A stretch of DNA of 64,000 nt from Myxococcota bacterium. Lineage in GTDB: Bacteria > Myxococcota_A > SURF-8. The first letter of the stretch is position 1. Every line of letters starts with the position of its first letter. The DNA lies in the NCBI GenBank assembly GCA_965140415.1, contig OZ223209.1, positions 1,888,001 through 1,952,000 of the forward strand. The letters run 5' to 3'. This document shows, piece by piece, positions 35,492 to 45,300 of this stretch. The translations under genes were made by a program, and so were the position numbers. The notes below the pieces were generated by a model. That model was not told the origin of the DNA, did no database searches, and worked only from the letters and a program-made list of their open reading frames with translations.

Positions 35492-38164
35492 CTACTCTTT
35501 GCTTTCGCGAGTGCGCCGCTGTTTCCAGTCGAACAACAGGTTCAGCGCATCCAATGGCGAAAGGGTATCGGGGGTCAGTCGGTCCAGTTCATCCAGAATC
35601 GGATGCTCCTGGCTCTGGCCTTCTTTGGCCGGTCGCGGCGTGAAGAGCGAAAGCTGGTTGGGATCCTGCCCTTTGCCGAAATGACGCCCAAAGACCGGCA
35701 GTCCGTTTTGATCGTCGCCGCCGCTTTCCAGATTCTCCAACACCTGTTTGGCGCGCTGGACTACATCGCCCGGCAGCCCCGCCAATCGTCCGACCTGAAT
35801 GCCGTAGCTGCGGTTCGTTGCGCCATCGACCAGCTTGCGTAAAAAGATGATCTGTTCTTCCCATTCCTTGACCGCAATATTCATGTTGCGCACACCGCTT
35901 TTCAGCCGCGCCAGTTCGGTCAGTTCGTGGTAATGGGTGGCGAACATCGTGCGCGCGCCGATGCGGTCGTGGATGTATTCCGCCACCGCCCAGGCGATGC
36001 TCAGACCGTCGTAGGTTGAGGTGCCGCGCCCGATTTCATCCAGAACGATAAGGCTTTGTTTCGTGGCGTTGTGCAGGATGTTGCTGGTTTCCGTCATTTC
36101 GACCATGAAGGTACTCAGCCCGCGCACCAGACTGTCGCTGGCTCCAACACGGGTGAAAATACGATCGGTAACGCCTACTTGCGCCTGTCGCGCCGGAACG
36201 AAAGAGCCGATCTGAGCCAACAAGGCGATCAGCGCTACCTGTCGCATGACCGTCGATTTACCGGCCATGTTCGGGCCGGTCACGATCAGCAGTTGATTTT
36301 CATCGGCATCCAGTAGCGTGTCGTTTGGAATAAAGGGTTCGCCCTTTTGCAGCGCTTCCACCACCGGGTGGCGGCCATCGACGATGCGCAGTTCGTCGCC
36401 GTCGGTTACTTCGGGACGCACGTAGTCGTTTTTCGCGGCGATTTCCGCGAAGTTGGCCAGGGCATCCAAAGCGCCCACCGCTCCGGCAGTGATGGTCAGC
36501 GAGCGGCTTTTTTCCGACACCTTTTCCCGCAGCAGTTCGAACAACCGGTATTCCAACTCGTTGCGGCGCTCTTCGGCGTGTAGCACCTGGTCTTCGAATT
36601 CCTTCAACTCCGGCGTGATGAAACGCTCGGCGTTGGTCAAGGTTTGCTTGCGGATGTAATATTCCGGCGCTTTTTCGGCGTTGGCTTTGGATAACTCGAT
36701 GTAATAACCGAAGACTTTATTGTAACGCACCTTCAGGCTGGGCACACCGGTAGCCTGCCGCTCCTTGGCTTCGATGCTCAGGATTTTGTCTTTGCCGTGT
36801 TCCGCCAGATCGATCAACTCGTCCAATTCTGCGGTGTACCCTTTTCGGAACATGCGACCCTCGCGCACCGTCAAGGGCGGATCATCGGCGATTGCGTGAA
36901 TCAGTTCGTCGCACAGTTCCGGTAAAGGATCGATTTTCTTCGTGAAAACGCCGAACAGGTCTTCGCGCTGCGTCTCCAGAAAATCGTGCAGCACGCGCAG
37001 TCCAAGTAAGGCATCGCGCAATGAAGCCAAGTCGCGCGCGTTGCTGCGGTTCATCGTGATGCGCGCCGACAGGCGGCTGATGTCTCCCACATCGTGCAGC
37101 ATTTCGCGCAAGGTATCGCGCAACGGTCCGTGCAAAAACAGTTCTTCCACCACGTTCTGACGCGTTTTGATGCGCGTCAGATCCAGCAGCGGATAGTTAA
37201 GCCACTGTTTCAAGGTGCGGCTGCCAAGCGGTGTGCGGCAGCGGTCCAGTATGCCTAAAAGCGAACCCTGCTTTTTGTTGCCGACGATAGTGCGTTCCAA
37301 CTCCAAATTGGTTTTTGTGGTTTCATCGAGCACCATGAAGTCGTGAATGGCATAAGGAAGCAGCGCAACGATGTGCCCGGCATGTTGTTTCTGGGTGTCC
37401 TGAACGTAGCTCAATAGCGCACCGGCGGCGCGCAAAGCCGAATCCATGTTCTCGACACCGAAACCCTTCAGGCTGTCGGTCTGGAACTGGCGGCAGAGCA
37501 ATTCCTCGGCGCGTTGCAGGTCGTATTCGATATTCGGGCGACGGTTGATGAGAATGTCGCTCTGCTGGATCGACGTACTGGCTTGCAGTTCGATTTCCTG
37601 CGCCGAATCGGGCAGCAGTGCTTCGCGCGGCGTCAGCTTGATCAGTTCGTTATGCAGATCCGATAAAGCATGGACTTCGGTACAGCGGAATTCTCCGGTG
37701 CTGATATCTAACGCTGCCAGTCCGGACCGTTCTTCATCGGGCCAGATGGAAACGAGGTAATTGTTTTCATCGGCGGAAAGATTCTCCTGCTCCAGCACCA
37801 GGCCGGGAGTGACGATGCGTGCCACATCGCGCTTGACCATGCCTTTGGCCTGCTTGGGATCTTCCATCTGTTCGACGATGGCGACCTTGTAGCCTTTCTC
37901 GATCAGGCGCGTGATGTACTGATTGGCGGCATGATAGGGAACTCCGGCCATCGGCACCGGAGATTCGGAGTTTTTATCGCGCGAGGTCAGGGTGATATCG
38001 AGTTCGCGCGCCGCCACGCGGGCATCTTCGTAGAACGTTTCGTAGAAATCGCCGCAGCGGTACAGGATCAGGGAGTCGGGATTGTCCGCTTTGACCTGGA
38101 GAAAATGCCGCATCATCGGGGAGGGTGCTTTGGCAGCAGCGCTTTTTTTACGAGTGGCCGTCAT
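35492..38164 (-). CDS. mutS: DNA mismatch repair protein MutS
   Basis: GDFYETF..DA, PMAGVPYHA, GRHPVVE, TGPNMAGKST, STFMVEM, DEIGRGTST, FATHYHEL, SYGIQV. Confidence 0.98.
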   Translation of the reverse strand: MTATRKKSAAAKAPSPMMRHFLQVKADNPDSLILYRCGDFYETFYEDARVAARELDITLTSRDKNSESPVPMAGVPYHAANQYITRLIEKGYKVAIVEQMEDPKQAKGMVKRDVARIVTPGLVLEQENLSADENNYLVSIWPDEERSGLAALDISTGEFRCTEVHALSDLHNELIKLTPREALLPDSAQEIELQASTSIQQSDILINRRPNIEYDLQRAEELLCRQFQTDSLKGFGVENMDSALRAAGALLSYVQDTQKQHAGHIVALLPYAIHDFMVLDETTKTNLELERTIVGNKKQGSLLGILDRCRTPLGSRTLKQWLNYPLLDLTRIKTRQNVVEELFLHGPLRDTLREMLHDVGDISRLSARITMNRSNARDLASLRDALLGLRVLHDFLETQREDLFGVFTKKIDPLPELCDELIHAIADDPPLTVREGRMFRKGYTAELDELIDLAEHGKDKILSIEAKERQATGVPSLKVRYNKVFGYYIELSKANAEKAPEYYIRKQTLTNAERFITPELKEFEDQVLHAEERRNELEYRLFELLREKVSEKSRSLTITAGAVGALDALANFAEIAAKNDYVRPEVTDGDELRIVDGRHPVVEALQKGEPFIPNDTLLDADENQLLIVTGPNMAGKSTVMRQVALIALLAQIGSFVPARQAQVGVTDRIFTRVGASDSLVRGLSTFMVEMTETSNILHNATKQSLIVLDEIGRGTSTYDGLSIAWAVAEYIHDRIGARTMFATHYHELTELARLKSGVRNMNIAVKEWEEQIIFLRKLVDGATNRSYGIQVGRLAGLPGDVVQRAKQVLENLESGGDDQNGLPVFGRHFGKGQDPNQLSLFTPRPAKEGQSQEHPILDELDRLTPDTLSPLDALNLLFDWKQRRTRESKE

Positions 38165-38180
38165 CGTTACTGAATCCGTT

Positions 38181-39140
38181 TCAACTCGGGTCTACAATCA
38201 GTCTGTGTTTGAGATCCTCAACGAGGCTGTACGGGTCCATTTCGCGTTGTGCCAGCCGTTCGCGCCAGTCCCGGTATTCATCGGAGGCCAGCATTCCCTG
38301 TACCTTCTGATTGAAGGCATCGTAGAGCAGATCGAAAAACTGAAGTTCCGCATTCTGACGTTTGCGCTTTTCCAGTTGTCCGGTTTTTATAAGCCAGTCC
38401 CGATGTGCCTGTACCGCGTCTACAACTTCATCGATGCCTTCGTCTTTGAACGCGATGGTTTTCAATACTCGTGGCTGCCAGGGATCGTCGCCCTGCGGAT
38501 GCACCATTTCCAGCATCGTCTGTACGTCGTTGTAGGTGCGCTCGCAACCTTCGCGGTCGGCCTTGTTCACCACGAAAACATCTGCGATTTCCATAAGGCC
38601 CGCTTTAATGGCCTGGATTTCATCGCCGAGGCCGGGCACCATGACCACGATGGAAGTATGCGCCATCTTGGCGACATCCACCTCCGCCTGACCGACTCCG
38701 ACCGTTTCAACGATCACCGGATCTGCACCCCAGGCTTCCATTACGCGAATGATTTCACCGGTGGATTTGGACAGACCGCCCAAATGCCCGCGTGTAGCCA
38801 GCGAACGGATGAAGACTTCTTCATCGGTGAAATGATTTTCCATGCGCAACCGGTCGCCCATAATCGCCCCACCGGAAAAGGGGCTGGTCGGATCGATGGC
38901 CACCACGCCTACCCGGCATCCCTGCTTGCGGTAACGCGCAATCATGCGGTCCACCAGGGTGGATTTGCCCGATCCCGGATTTCCGGTGACGCCGATGATG
39001 GCGGCTTTACCGGTGTGAGGATACAGGGCTTTCATCTGATCGACGTTTCCTTCGAAATCGTCATCGCACAAGCGCATCAGTCGTGACGCCGCGCGTAAGT
39101 TACCCGCCACTACTTTTTCATATAGCTCCATCGCTTCCAT
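38181..39140 (-). CDS. meaB: Methylmalonyl-CoA mutase-associated GTPase MeaB/ArgK
   Basis: G.TG.PGSGKSTL, AIDPTSPFSGGAI.GDR.RM, SLATRGHLGGL, ETVGVGQ.E, GDEIQAIKAG.ME, NKAD. Confidence 0.95.
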   Translation of the reverse strand: MEAMELYEKVVAGNLRAASRLMRLCDDDFEGNVDQMKALYPHTGKAAIIGVTGNPGSGKSTLVDRMIARYRKQGCRVGVVAIDPTSPFSGGAIMGDRLRMENHFTDEEVFIRSLATRGHLGGLSKSTGEIIRVMEAWGADPVIVETVGVGQAEVDVAKMAHTSIVVMVPGLGDEIQAIKAGLMEIADVFVVNKADREGCERTYNDVQTMLEMVHPQGDDPWQPRVLKTIAFKDEGIDEVVDAVQAHRDWLIKTGQLEKRKRQNAELQFFDLLYDAFNQKVQGMLASDEYRDWRERLAQREMDPYSLVEDLKHRLIVDPS

Positions 39141-39411
39141 CCTAACGAATCAGTCCAAACAGAGGGGCTACTATAGCAAAGTTTCCAGCCTTTGCAAGCG
39201 TACTGAATGCGCTTGTTTAAATCGGTGCAGACTCCTCCTGAATGGATCTTTAATGTCTGTGAAAACAAGTAGATAGAGAATTCTGAATTTTTTTGTTGAA
39301 TTCCGATTTTAAATCATTATCCTCGCGTGGTCTTTTTCCGGGACGCCCTTCAATTGTTTTATTCGGCGTCTCGTGTCTGTCGATGGCGGCTAGCCAGTAA
39401 GGAGGTTCACC

Positions 39412-40287
39412 ATGAAACATCTTCCCGAATCGCTGCGCAGTGTAATTACACGCCTTCTTGCAATCACTATCGGGGCCGGTATCATCGGTTTCGGGTTGAA
39501 TTTCTTCAATATAGCCAATCATCTGGCGGAAGGCGGCCTGGCTGGATTGGCGATCCTGATCAAGTTCGGTGTGGACATCAACCCCGGTTCCACTCTGCTG
39601 ATCATGAATATTCCGCTGTTGATCTGGGGGACGATCGAACTGGGAGGGCGTCAGACCGTGTATACAGTGTACGGAACGGGGGCGCTGGTATTGGCGTTAT
39701 GGATTTTCGACTCCATGCGTATGCCGCTGGGCGATCCTTTACTGGCGGCTTTGTATGCGGGAGTTTGTATGGGATTGGGACTGGGATTGGTCTTCCGTTT
39801 CGGTGGTACCACCGGTGGTGCGGATATTCTGGCGCGTATTGCCAACAAGCGCTTCGGCTGGAGTATCGGCAGTACCTTGTTCGGCGCGGATATCTTCGTG
39901 CTGGCGTTGTCGCTGGTTTATCTCAATTTACAACAGGCGATGTATACGCTGGTGGCGGTGTTTATCGGCACTCGCGTCGTGGATCTGGTGCAGCAGGGGG
40001 CGTACCGCGCCAAGGCGCTGATGGTGATCTCCAACGCGGAAAACGAAATCAGCCGGGCGGTCATCGACGAACTGAATCGTGGTGTTACGATTTTAAAGGG
40101 TGTCGGTGGCTACACCGGACATCAACGGGAGATTCTGTATGTCGTGTGTGCCCGGTCGGAACTGGTGCGCATCAAGAGATTGATCGAAAGTGTGGACCCT
40201 ATGGCGTTTGTGACGGTAACCGACGTTCACGAGGTGATCGGCGAGGGCTTCTCGCGGCGTTCTCCGGCTGTTAGCCAAACGGCTTAG
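39412..40287 (+). CDS. YitT family membrane protein (C-terminal DUF2179)
   Basis: L.EGG..GL, NIPL, GG.TGG.DI, RGVT.L.G.G.YTG..R..L..V....EL..IK..I..VDP.AF......EV.GEGF; AAGGAGG SD. Confidence 0.92.
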   Translation: MKHLPESLRSVITRLLAITIGAGIIGFGLNFFNIANHLAEGGLAGLAILIKFGVDINPGSTLLIMNIPLLIWGTIELGGRQTVYTVYGTGALVLALWIFDSMRMPLGDPLLAALYAGVCMGLGLGLVFRFGGTTGGADILARIANKRFGWSIGSTLFGADIFVLALSLVYLNLQQAMYTLVAVFIGTRVVDLVQQGAYRAKALMVISNAENEISRAVIDELNRGVTILKGVGGYTGHQREILYVVCARSELVRIKRLIESVDPMAFVTVTDVHEVIGEGFSRRSPAVSQTA

Positions 40288-42179
40288 GGGGCTGTTTCTT
40301 CCGTTGGCGTTGGTTTCGCCTGGATGCGGGAAAGAAAGCGCCCTGCACCTAAAAACAGGTTGCGATTGCCTTGCGTTTCGGCTTGATCGTTCTCGAAGTG
40401 AATGGCGATGCGGTTGGGACCGCGCCGCAGCGTGAATTCGAAGGCGTAGCGCACGAACTGATCGCTGACGGCGTCCTGCTCGTCGATCTTTTCTCCATTG
40501 ATCCACAGTTGCATACGCGGGTACTTGCCCTTTATCGCCGTTGCACTGGCGCCGAATTCCAGACGAACCGGACCGGGTACGAACTCTCCTTGCAGGTACG
40601 CTTCGCCGTTCTGATACAAACGCCACTTCTGTTTGCCTTCCCAGGCAGTGGGAAGGAATTTCAAGGTCATGCGCTTTCTAAGGCGGCGAAGTGGAATGTC
40701 GTATCCGAGTTCCGCATTGACGATCGCCAGATTCCCTGCAAGTCGGTAATTGCTGCGATCCTGCCGCCAGGCGGCGGAGGCATAGGGAAAAGCTTCCGTG
40801 AATTTCCCCTGTTCGATCAGGATCTCCGCCATCTGATTCAGGGCCAGCGGATCTTCGGGATTGACTGCCAGAATTGACTTGGCAATGCGCCGGGCTTCGT
40901 CGTAGTGTCCCGAATAAATGCAGTAGTCGCCATAACGCCGTAAAACCTGTTGTTCGGCTGGGATGTTTTCCGCAGGCCGTAAAATCATCGTTTCTCCCTT
41001 TTGGGGGAGATGAACAAAGGGTTTGAGCGTATCCATTACAATATCGATGCGATTACGCGAGCGCCATATTTCCGAGATCCACAGAGCCTGAACCGCATTA
41101 CAGGGAGAAGCCGCTAACAGTTTGGAATCCGGGTAGTTTTCTTCGTTGAACTGGTTTAGCGCCGGGCGAACCTGACCGGCCAACAGCAAACGTCCACCCA
41201 GTTCCAACTCGGCTTGTTGGTCTTTATTGTGTACGTGTTGGTATTGCGCCGCGAACACAGCAGCAAGGGGAGATTCTCCCGCCTGGGCAGCGGCGTGCAT
41301 TGCTTGCACAAGGGCTGAAGATTCAACGAAAGGCAAACCCATTCGGCGAGCGGTGACAAGATCTTCCAATCGCTGTTTCAACTTCGCTTGCACCGAAGCC
41401 GGGGTTTTCTCGTCGCTTATTTTCTGTTGTTGGACGCAGAGACGTGTTTCTGCATCGATTTCAAAGGCGTGCATCAGTGGATCAAGCCAGCCGATAACCT
41501 GCACCGCAGTGAGAATAATGACAACGAGCAGCCATACTTTGGCAGCTTTTAAAAGGTGTGACTGGCAAATTCCGTGTAGTTTTTCTTCCGCTGCCAATGC
41601 CACCGCCGCGCCAAGGAAAAGCGTCCATGCAATTAGTGCATACAGAAAGGGCAACTCTGCGCCTGCGGCAACTGCGGTGCCAGGCATAAGCCAAAGCTGA
41701 TCGTTATAGAGTGAGCCATCAAGGACGAGACTCTGCGACGAAATATTAGGTGGAAACCAAAGAGTGGCAACCCATGCTGCAATTGAGGTGAACACGGCCA
41801 GCACCAGCAAACCTAACCAGAGAAAACGAGAAAAAGGGGAGGGCGATTTGGGCGGTGGACGTAAGCCTGTTAATTGGAGTGCTGTAACAAGAAACACCAG
41901 TAATATCAATGGCCCAAGCCAGAATACGCCGTCCAGGTACCAGCCGCGCCAGCTATGAGCAGCTACGAATGATGCCAATAAGATGTTTGTTCGAAATAGA
42001 AAGAGGGAAGAAAAGGGGGAATGCTGGCTGATCCGTTTCAGCAATATCGCCTGCCCAAAAAGCAACAGTATAAACCAGCCTTGCGCCGGAATGTAGACCA
42101 GTGAAAAAAGGCTGATAGCCAAGAATGCAAAAACAAGGCTTTTATCAAGGCGTTGCATGTTGTTTCCAGGCGTAGTCAA
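40284..42179 (-). CDS. Polytopic membrane protein with TPR region and C-terminal carbohydrate-binding-module-like domain
   Basis: About 7 hydrophobic segments, TPR-like helices, and a C-terminal G.YP.M.L.ING.....V.......Y.F........I.I.F.ND......RNL motif resembling the Ca-dependent CBM60-like module. Start may be ATG 42158. Confidence 0.6.
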   Translation of the reverse strand: MTTPGNNMQRLDKSLVFAFLAISLFSLVYIPAQGWFILLLFGQAILLKRISQHSPFSSLFLFRTNILLASFVAAHSWRGWYLDGVFWLGPLILLVFLVTALQLTGLRPPPKSPSPFSRFLWLGLLVLAVFTSIAAWVATLWFPPNISSQSLVLDGSLYNDQLWLMPGTAVAAGAELPFLYALIAWTLFLGAAVALAAEEKLHGICQSHLLKAAKVWLLVVIILTAVQVIGWLDPLMHAFEIDAETRLCVQQQKISDEKTPASVQAKLKQRLEDLVTARRMGLPFVESSALVQAMHAAAQAGESPLAAVFAAQYQHVHNKDQQAELELGGRLLLAGQVRPALNQFNEENYPDSKLLAASPCNAVQALWISEIWRSRNRIDIVMDTLKPFVHLPQKGETMILRPAENIPAEQQVLRRYGDYCIYSGHYDEARRIAKSILAVNPEDPLALNQMAEILIEQGKFTEAFPYASAAWRQDRSNYRLAGNLAIVNAELGYDIPLRRLRKRMTLKFLPTAWEGKQKWRLYQNGEAYLQGEFVPGPVRLEFGASATAIKGKYPRMQLWINGEKIDEQDAVSDQFVRYAFEFTLRRGPNRIAIHFENDQAETQGNRNLFLGAGRFLSRIQAKPTPTEETAP

Positions 42180-42240
42180 TCAAGCGAATCCTGTTGAAAT
42201 AAGATTATTGAAGTTCCGCAAGCTGATAATATTACTTCAT

Positions 42241-42276
42241 AAAGAACAGGCCGGGCACAAAATTGGCCCGACCTGT
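42241..42276 (-). terminator. Terminator after the giant lipoprotein pair
   Basis: Minus strand ACAGGTCGGGC-loop-GCCCGGCCTGT followed by TCTTT. Confidence 0.6.
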
Positions 42277-42301
42277 CAATATTAGACGTTTTTACATTAA
42301 G

Positions 42302-45300
42302 CTACTGCACATTCAACCATTCACCGTTCTGTCTCCAGAGGTTGAACTGGTACACGTCTCCGGCATGTTCGACAACTCGACTTGAGCCGGTAACGGTGAA
42401 GGTAGGATACTGCGAATCGCCGGCAAAGACACGGAAGGTCAAGTCGGCTGCGATGTCTTCGCATACATACTCGTCTACACAATCTTCGCAGTCGTTGCAG
42501 CAGATACGCAACACCAGGCAGAAGGGCTTACAGTCACAATCGCAGATTTCGCAGTCATCGTAGAACCAGCGGCAATCTCGCACGTAGCCGCAATCTTGCA
42601 GCGGTGTGATGAATTTGGCGGCTACTCCGTACATGCCGTCGCAGGGATTGTCGTGCTCAACGACTTCCGGAGCGATACCGTTGGAACTACTCTGTGTAAA
42701 TTGAGGAATGCCGCATGTACCCCAGTTGGGCATGGGATTGGCCGCGTTGCAGTCGGCATTGGTATCGATATAGCCTCCCGGTTTGAGGAAGTGCAGGTCC
42801 ACGTCGCCCTGGCCGCTCCAGACCATTTCAATTTTGAGAGCTTCATCCTTGAACACTTCGATAGTCACTTCTTCCTGCAAATCCACATTCGGATCGGACA
42901 GGTTACCTTCGTTGTCCACAACGATCAGGCTGACGTAGTAAGTTCCTGTTTGTGTGAAGGTATAGCTTGAGCTTGGGGAAGAACCGACGGCGAAGTTGGC
43001 CGATTGTCCGCCGAGTTCCTGCACGTACCAGCGATACTCGCTGATAGTGCCGTCTGGATCGCTGGACAGGCTGCCGTCGAAACAGGCCGTCGTACCCGCT
43101 TCCACGCGCATACTGGTAGAGAAATTGGGATCGTCGCAGAGCTTGGCGTAGGCTTTGGCCGTGGGAGCCTGCTGCACGAGCACCGTTAGCTGCGAATCGA
43201 GATCCACGGTAGAGGACCAGGCATTGCGCGTATCACGTACGCGCAGTTGAATTTTGTACTCACCGGTGTAGTCGAAGCGTGCCGAAACCAGACCGGCCTC
43301 TTGGGCGGTGCCTTCCGTTACCGCCGAAGTAAAGGTCACTTTGTCGGTATCGTCTACGGTCCATTCGAACCAGGTCAGGCTGTCTTCGGCCACCGCGGTT
43401 TCCGGGTCATCGTCCGGGTCGTAGCTGGACCAGCCGTCCAGGTTGATTTCCTCACCCAGGTTGACCACGATCTGGCGGGTGCCGTTTTGACCTGATGGTA
43501 CTCCCGGAGGCGATTTGACGATGGCCACCGGGTCCGTATTGCCGCTGGAAGAACCGGAGAAGCGATAGTACCAGATCGGGTAATCATCGCCTGCGTCACT
43601 GCCAAGGCAGGCGGCGTCTTTATCGTTGTGGTGAATGTCCAACGTGCGGCTGTCGTTGCCGTCGGCGCTGGGTTTATAGAAGACGGTCACGGTGATCCAG
43701 TCGCCGTTATTAAGTTCGTAACCGGTTTCGGGCCACTCATCCATGGGCGGCTGGATACCGCCTTCCGGGATGTAGATGTCTTCATCGATGGCGAAACCCA
43801 TGTCGATATCGGTGATGCGCACCGGCCCTGTGCCGTTATTGGTCAGTGTCACCAATGTTGAAAGGGGTTCCATATCCGGCATGTAGGTCACGTTCAGCCA
43901 GCGAGCGGCACAGCCGACCGGGGTGATCGTGGCGCTGGTGCTAGTGGCGGTCACGTTCAACTGCGGTGAAATGGCGTTACCAACCAGGCAGATTTCGTGC
44001 GGAGTCAGGGTTGAGTCGTTGCAACTGAAATCGGAGCCGGAGGCATTACTGGCATTACTGCACACGATGATATAGGCGTTGTCTTCGCCGTAGGAGTCGG
44101 GAATGTAACTGACATCGATGCCGAAAGTACCACCTGGCGGAATGGGAGTGGGCAATGGCGGATGCACGATCTTGAATTCGTCGCCGAAGAACGCCGGCAA
44201 CTTGATTTCACCGATGTTCAGTGTGTCCGAGCCGGGATTCGTCAATAGAATCTGCTTGTGCTCGATCCAGCCCCCTTCTTCCAACTCTTCACCGGTCATA
44301 TCGGCGGGAGGTACCTGCACGTCGTTCCAGGTTACGCATTCCGTTGGACCCTGGATCTGTGGCACGATGGCAGTGGCAAAGAGCGGAATCACCGTTTCCT
44401 CGCAATCGCCATCGCGCGGAATGATGTGCAACTCGCCCTGGAAATTACCCTGGCTGGTGGCCAGGAAAAAGACATTGATATTCAGTGCGTCGGAACGAGG
44501 GAGAATCTCCTGCGGTAAACTAAGCGTATTGTCCAGCGAGAAGTTCAGACTGCCGGTGATGTAGGCGTCATCGATGTGCAGCGTTGCCTGTCCCGGGTTT
44601 TTCACGATTACGGTCATCATTTTCTGCGAGCCGACTTGAACGCTGCCGAAGTTCAGATCCAGAGGAGAAATCTGGCAGTCGGGCATGGTGCCGGTGCAGG
44701 TCAGCGGAACCGGCATCAGGTTGTTGTCGAAGGCCAGGTCATTGCTGCGAATGTCCAGGAAATTACTGTAACTTTCTTCGCCTCTGGGACAACATAGAAC
44801 TTCGATGGCGATGGCTTCGTCTTCGGGGTTACATAAACCCGGAGACACTACGTCTGGAATATTCTCTGTTCCGTCGATATCCGGGTCGAGATCCAGGCGG
44901 AAAACATCCGTTTCCGGGTCGGTAACATTGCGTAATACGGCGCTATCTACCTGTAAATCCGCACCGCCACGATTGCAGATCAGCGTGGTCACGCTTTTAC
45001 AGTCGTTTGCGGATACGCTTCCGAAGTTGATCGGCGATGGCTGCACCACCATCTGCGGCACCACACCGATTCCATAGAACGTGACCCGCAAGGGATTCTC
45101 GATATCATCGCGGTCGTCATTATGTGTGATCAACAGTGTGGCTGTATGCTCATCCTGATTGCGGGGCTGATAGACCATCGTAATGGTCTCCGTTTCGCCC
45201 GGAGAGAGCCAGACCTGGTTACCGTTGCCGTTCCAGTCGATACTTTGCTGGTCGATTTCGTAGTTTTCATTCAACGAATCTTCCAGGCGAATGGATGTGA

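Noticed and set aside
39141-39411. ncRNA or riboswitch before yitT
   Set aside because: Only one modest stem (GGGACGCC/GGCGTCTC) and no recognisable family consensus.
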